Below the pieces are notes generated by a model. It made no database searches and had not been told where the DNA came from. It saw only the letters and a list, made by a program, of their open reading frames with translations. This document shows positions 59,491-64,000 of a DNA stretch of 64,000 bases, piece after piece. Both the position numbers and the translations under genes were made by a program. The stretch spans positions 434,001 through 498,000 of the forward strand of contig MU008170.1 in assembly GCA_010909165.1 (NCBI GenBank). The letters are read 5' to 3'. The first letter of the stretch is position 1, and each line of letters begins with the position of its first letter. This DNA comes from Anthoceros angustus (Eukaryota > Plantae > Anthocerotophyta).

Positions 59491-61440
59491 TTATTTTTTG
59501 GAATTGTAAAGGGATTTGCATCAGTGATTGCCTACAAAAGGGATTAGTAAAATACTTTGGAAACAACTCATTTGTTTTCTAAAGCGTAATATTCCAATGT
59601 TAGTTTTGGTTCAATCTTGATTAGAAGTGATTTTGAAATTATTGTCTTAATTCAATCTTGATTTAAATGTAAAATCAAAACTTTCCGGATGTACTCGCCC
59701 TTGAATTGAATGCTATTATTTTTCTAATGCTTGTTTATGTAAAATACAAGTTAGTAAACACAGCCTCTTTTTCCTGAGAAGTTTCGATCACGGTCCTTGT
59801 TTTGATATACTTTATCACAGAAAATACATGATAGTATAATAGGCTCTTTTTTTCCTCCACAAAAAGCCTATAGATCTAGACAGGCATCATACCCCGATGC
59901 TTATTCAGAGCATTTGTCTGTATTGATGAGAGCTACATAACCCGATGGTTTTCTAGAAAACCCTGTAGATCTACAGCTCTGCAGACTAATATCTTATTCA
60001 TTTTTGTCCTTCAAGAAGAAGAGCAATATCACACACATGACTTTTCATATTCAAATCTAACTAGGCTTGAGGATTCAACTTCTTCTCTCACAAAATTTTT
60101 AAAACTAAACTTAGTCCATCCAAAAATCTTTACCCACCCAAAAAACTTCACGTCTTCAATTATAGATAGCCTACGAGTCCATGTGAAACTACCCATGCAC
60201 AAAAATTCAAACAATTAGAAATCAGGGAAGCAACACAACCGATCCTCACAAAAAGAGTGAACTAGTGCCTATTCACATTTATGCCTTTCACTTCACTCCT
60301 CAAGCTTGCCTTCTTTAACAATTTGGTTTGTCTAAAATATCATGGAATGGCTCATCCCATTTCTACTTATATACCCTTATTGCATGAGGGCACTCAAAAA
60401 AGTTGGTACTATAGTATGTAAGGCTTAATGGTGCATGCGTAACTTTGTCCCTTAGGTCTCTTCCAAGAATCCCAGCTGACTAGCTTTGTGAGGAAGTAGG
60501 TGTTTGTTTCTTCTCTTGAATCCTATTCATTTCATGTCCACATTGTTTGAAAAGTTATGGCAAGATCTCTATTTGAAACTGCAAGTTCAACAGTCTGCAA
60601 CTGGTTATGGGAAGTGAGTTGCTCCCTAAACGTAGAGAAACAAGTTGCTTCATAAATTGAAGAGATAGGAATACATAAACAAGTTATGCTTTTTTAAAGC
60701 ACCATGATTATGGGAAACAAGTTAGCAAAAATCGTAAGTTTGTGCTTTGCTATAATTTCTCTAGTACGTACCATTGGAGCAAAAGCTCGTTTTGCGGTGG
60801 GTCTTGGGCAAAATTTTTGATAACTTACATCTAGGTTCCATCCATTACTATCGTGAGCTCGGGTACACCTACCATTGACTATGTTATTTTTGCATCATAC
60901 AGTACAGGACGTAAAACCACGGATACCACGTTGTGGGTGTAGCGCACCTACGACAAGTATACCTTCGTCACAAGGTAGCAACGGTACATCGACAAATACA
61001 ATAATGAAGGAATGTGGTGAACCATATGGTAGCAAACTTGACATTAGCGTGTGACATGACGTTGTGTAACATGGAGTAACCACAATATAAGTTGCACTAT
61101 CACCAGTCCACGCTTGTGGCATGCTTTACCCAAGCTACATACATATCGTCTTTGTGACAGGTCCCTATATATGTAGGTTACACTAAACACAAAAATATAT
61201 ATATACATGTAGTGACAAAAGCAAGATGTATTAAGAAATGAGACAAACCTAAAAGAATCCGAAGATAGTTATAGTAAGTACCTATAGATTTGTTAACTTA
61301 TCTAAAGATTGGATGTATTTTTTAAAGAATAGAAGTATAAAATAAGTATGTATTTTAATAGATTTATTTTTCAGACATCTACCGATATTTATAAGTAGAG
61401 TGGTGTCATGTTTATGCGGATAAAATTTAAATCGGTAAAA

Positions 61441-61765
61441 ACATAATTAAAAGTTGTTGAATAGACTTGACTTTTCGTAAGACTTCACTTTAAAGTTTCC
61501 ACATCTTAAGAAACTCTATTTATGCACTTTAGAGTCCTACAATATATAAACATAATTAAAAGTTGTTGAATAGACTTGACTTTTCGTAAGACTTCACTTT
61601 AAAGTTTCCACATCTTAAGAAACTCTATTTATGCACCTTAGAGTCGTACAATATATAAACATAATTAAAAGTTGTTGAATAGACTTGACTTTTCGTAAGA
61701 CTTCACTTTAAAGTTTCCACATCTTAAGAAACTCTATTTATGCACCTTAGAGTCCTACAATATAT
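61441..61765. repeat. 109-bp tandem repeat, 3 copies
   Basis: acataattaaaagttgttgaatagacttgac... at 61441, 61550 and 61659, near-identical. Confidence 0.95.
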
Positions 61766-61854
61766 TTTTACATCTGTCAACATTGATCATATACTATCAT
61801 AAACCGATTCAAAATATTGCATTGATCATATACTCTCATTAACCAATTCAAAAT

Positions 61855-62199
61855 ATGGCAGGCTTCAACGTTCTTCTCATTTTTTTGTTTATTTCTATGT
61901 TGGTATTCCTTGGGGTGAGCACAGTAGATGCTCGACTCGTGCCGACTCCAACTCCAAAGTCATTACAGTTTGCACCACAGAAAACACATGCAATGCCATC
62001 CTTTGATGGCAATTCTGAATTAAATTTGTTTAAAAATTCTTGCACTGAAGGCTTAATACGTTGCAATGGAGAATGTGTCAATCTTCCTTCTGATAATAGC
62101 AATTGTGGATCATGTGGATTTAAGTGCGGAGTATTAGGTCAAAATGGCTCGTTTATCACACTTCCCATATGTGTAGAAGGGCAATGTATCATGGATTGA
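61855..62199 (+). CDS. STIG1-like secreted cysteine-rich protein (114 aa), paralog of 59104-59490
   Basis: Signal peptide, then CNGECVNLPSDNSNCGSCGFKCGVLG...PICVEGQCIMD. It shares the C-terminus and the 35-nt leader with the first copy. Confidence 0.8.
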   Translation: MAGFNVLLIFLFISMLVFLGVSTVDARLVPTPTPKSLQFAPQKTHAMPSFDGNSELNLFKNSCTEGLIRCNGECVNLPSDNSNCGSCGFKCGVLGQNGSFITLPICVEGQCIMD

Positions 62200-63016
62200 G
62201 TTTTATTTAGACAGATAAGTGAGGAGTATTGGCCATAGATGACTCATTTATCACATCTCCTATGCGCATCATGGATTGACTACCTACTACCTATTTAAGT
62301 TTGTAATTATTTTTGGAAATAGAAGTTTATTTCCGCAAACACTTGTTTTAATTCAATCTTGATTATAAAGTGATATCTTAATACTCGTTTTAGTTTAATC
62401 TTGGATATAAAGTGATGGTCAAATAGTTGTTTTGATTCAATCTTTATTAAACTAAGAATTTTTATAAATTTACTATTTCCATTATAATACATGTGGGCTT
62501 ACAAAAGATGAATTATAGCTAGATGAGTTTAATTAGATAATTAATCACCTACAAAACATCTTATCCCGGATTACAAATTAGGCGAATATTGCCATGAGAA
62601 GAATGAGATAGATGAGAGGGATGAGGCACATTAGATCCAATAAGAAGGCTCTAGAGACGTGTTGGGCGAGCTATTTCTCCCTAATCTTTACGCACATGCT
62701 ACCTGCACAAGCTATTTTCCCCTAATTTTCAAGCACATGCCATCTGCACGACCAGCATGTGCTAGTGCTAGAATCCACTTGTACTTCATTGAGTTTCTTT
62801 GTGGTTGGCTTTATGTATTGTTGTATACTGAAAGGAAAAGAGTAGTACAAATAACCTCTGTTTGAACAATATGATACACTTCCTTCAATAGTTATGTGTT
62901 AGAGAAGCAGATAAGTAAAAATTATCTTGAATGATCGAAATGTCTTGGGTGATTGTTGATTGGAATTTTTGAAAAAACTCTTCTTGAAAAATATTTGTAA
63001 GTATAGGATACTTTTG

Positions 63017-63463
63017 TTATGGTGAAACAGGACAAAATGTTGAATCTATCGTATATTCCAAAGAACATTGGCTTTCTTGTATAAAACCTGAGCGTCTCCC
63101 TACACAATAAACATCTAAGAGTTCAAACTTGGCCATCTCTAAACATACACTACATAATTTTTTTTGAGATCCATAAGTTGATCCATCAATCTTTATATTG
63201 CATGCAGCATAACCTTGAAAATACCATGGACTTCGAAAAAGTACAGTATATGGATGGTTGTCAGGAAATGTGTCAGCACCTCTTAATGCAAGCACAGAAA
63301 CTCCTGCTCGAACCACTTTATGATCTTCACTTGCTGCTGGTTCAATGTATTGCCCACATCTATAAAGTATGTTTTGAGATGATATAGTACTACTGGACAT
63401 GAGTAAAATAATTGATAAATATATGATATGAAAAAAATAATTCCATCGTACATTTTGATGCAT
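63017..63463 (-). CDS. Secreted single-domain DUF26/Gnk2-like cysteine-rich protein (148 aa)
   Basis: Signal peptide, then QGYAAC...CSVCLEMA...YCVGRRSGFIQESQCSLEY, resembling the DUF26 pattern YG.AQC..C..CL..A...C...G.i....C..RY. Confidence 0.65.
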   Translation of the reverse strand: MHQNVRWNYFFHIIYLSIILLMSSSTISSQNILYRCGQYIEPAASEDHKVVRAGVSVLALRGADTFPDNHPYTVLFRSPWYFQGYAACNIKIDGSTYGSQKKLCSVCLEMAKFELLDVYCVGRRSGFIQESQCSLEYTIDSTFCPVSP

Positions 63464-64000
63464 AATTTTTATTTATAAAAAATAACGAGCACTTACGTGT
63501 TTACAATTAAGAACACACATAAGTAACATGATATAATACACTCCATCCATTACGAGGACAACATGAAAGGTTACTTTGTTAAAATGCATAGTGAGATTCC
63601 ATATGTCCGTCTATATGAAAATATACGCCATATTTACGCCATAGGGGACGAAAAATCAAATATAATTAACTCAACAGTTGCAATGGTGTATTTGATGAAT
63701 ACATTTAATAGAAGTGTGAAGAATGAATAGATTTTGGGATGCATATATAAAACATGTGGTAGGCAGGTCAACCTCACATCTTAAATTCATGTAGCACTTC
63801 CTATTGTTATGCACAACAATAATTTTGTTATATCTAGGGAATCCATGAGCAAATACGCCAATTTGAAGGTCACATCTTGAGCAATTAGATCAAACAAAGA
63901 TTCTATTATTAAAATGGTAAATTATGGAAGAGATTCTAAAATTGCATAGAATAATATTATATTAAAATTTGTGCTTGTTAGTGTGAGTGCACTTGGTTTT

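Noticed and set aside
59800-61200. Possible decayed retrotransposon RT (FIIVFVDVPLL-like)
   Set aside because: The resemblance to YVDD is too weak, with no LTR, PBS or other RT motifs.

Overview
Eukaryotic nuclear DNA from a seed-free land plant. This is inferred from an IFT43-like ciliary gene, PLS-class PPR genes and short ~70-100 nt GT-AG introns; a hornwort-like genome is my best guess, not proven. Four zones: (1) 1-10.5 kb, a compact gene block: unknown minus-strand ORF/exons, a 7-exon IFT43-like gene, an intronless acylamino-acid-releasing enzyme with one frameshift, a PLS-E+ PPR gene and a small secreted PAN/Apple protein. (2) ~10.6-36.8 kb, a GC-rich, indel-rich island with no recognisable host gene, built largely from adjacent tandem duplications (190 bp x9, 434 bp x3, 41 bp x3, ~1.5 kb x3, ~0.5 kb x2, ~0.7 kb x2, ~280 bp x3, ~1.04 kb x2) and carrying fragments of spliced orphan genes; probably transposon-derived, family not identified. 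(3) 37.8-57.3 kb, a second compact block: a small ORF, a second PLS-E+ PPR gene whose 5' 885 bp is triplicated, glutamate-1-semialdehyde aminomutase, a DUF2358/NTF2-like gene and a kinesin-12 with a ~1640-codon repeat-laden exon. (4) 57.6-64 kb, an AT-rich zone with tandem repeats and three small secreted cysteine-rich genes (two STIG1-like, one DUF26-like). I found no rRNA, tRNA or CRISPR array. All family calls come from motif recall; no database search was run.
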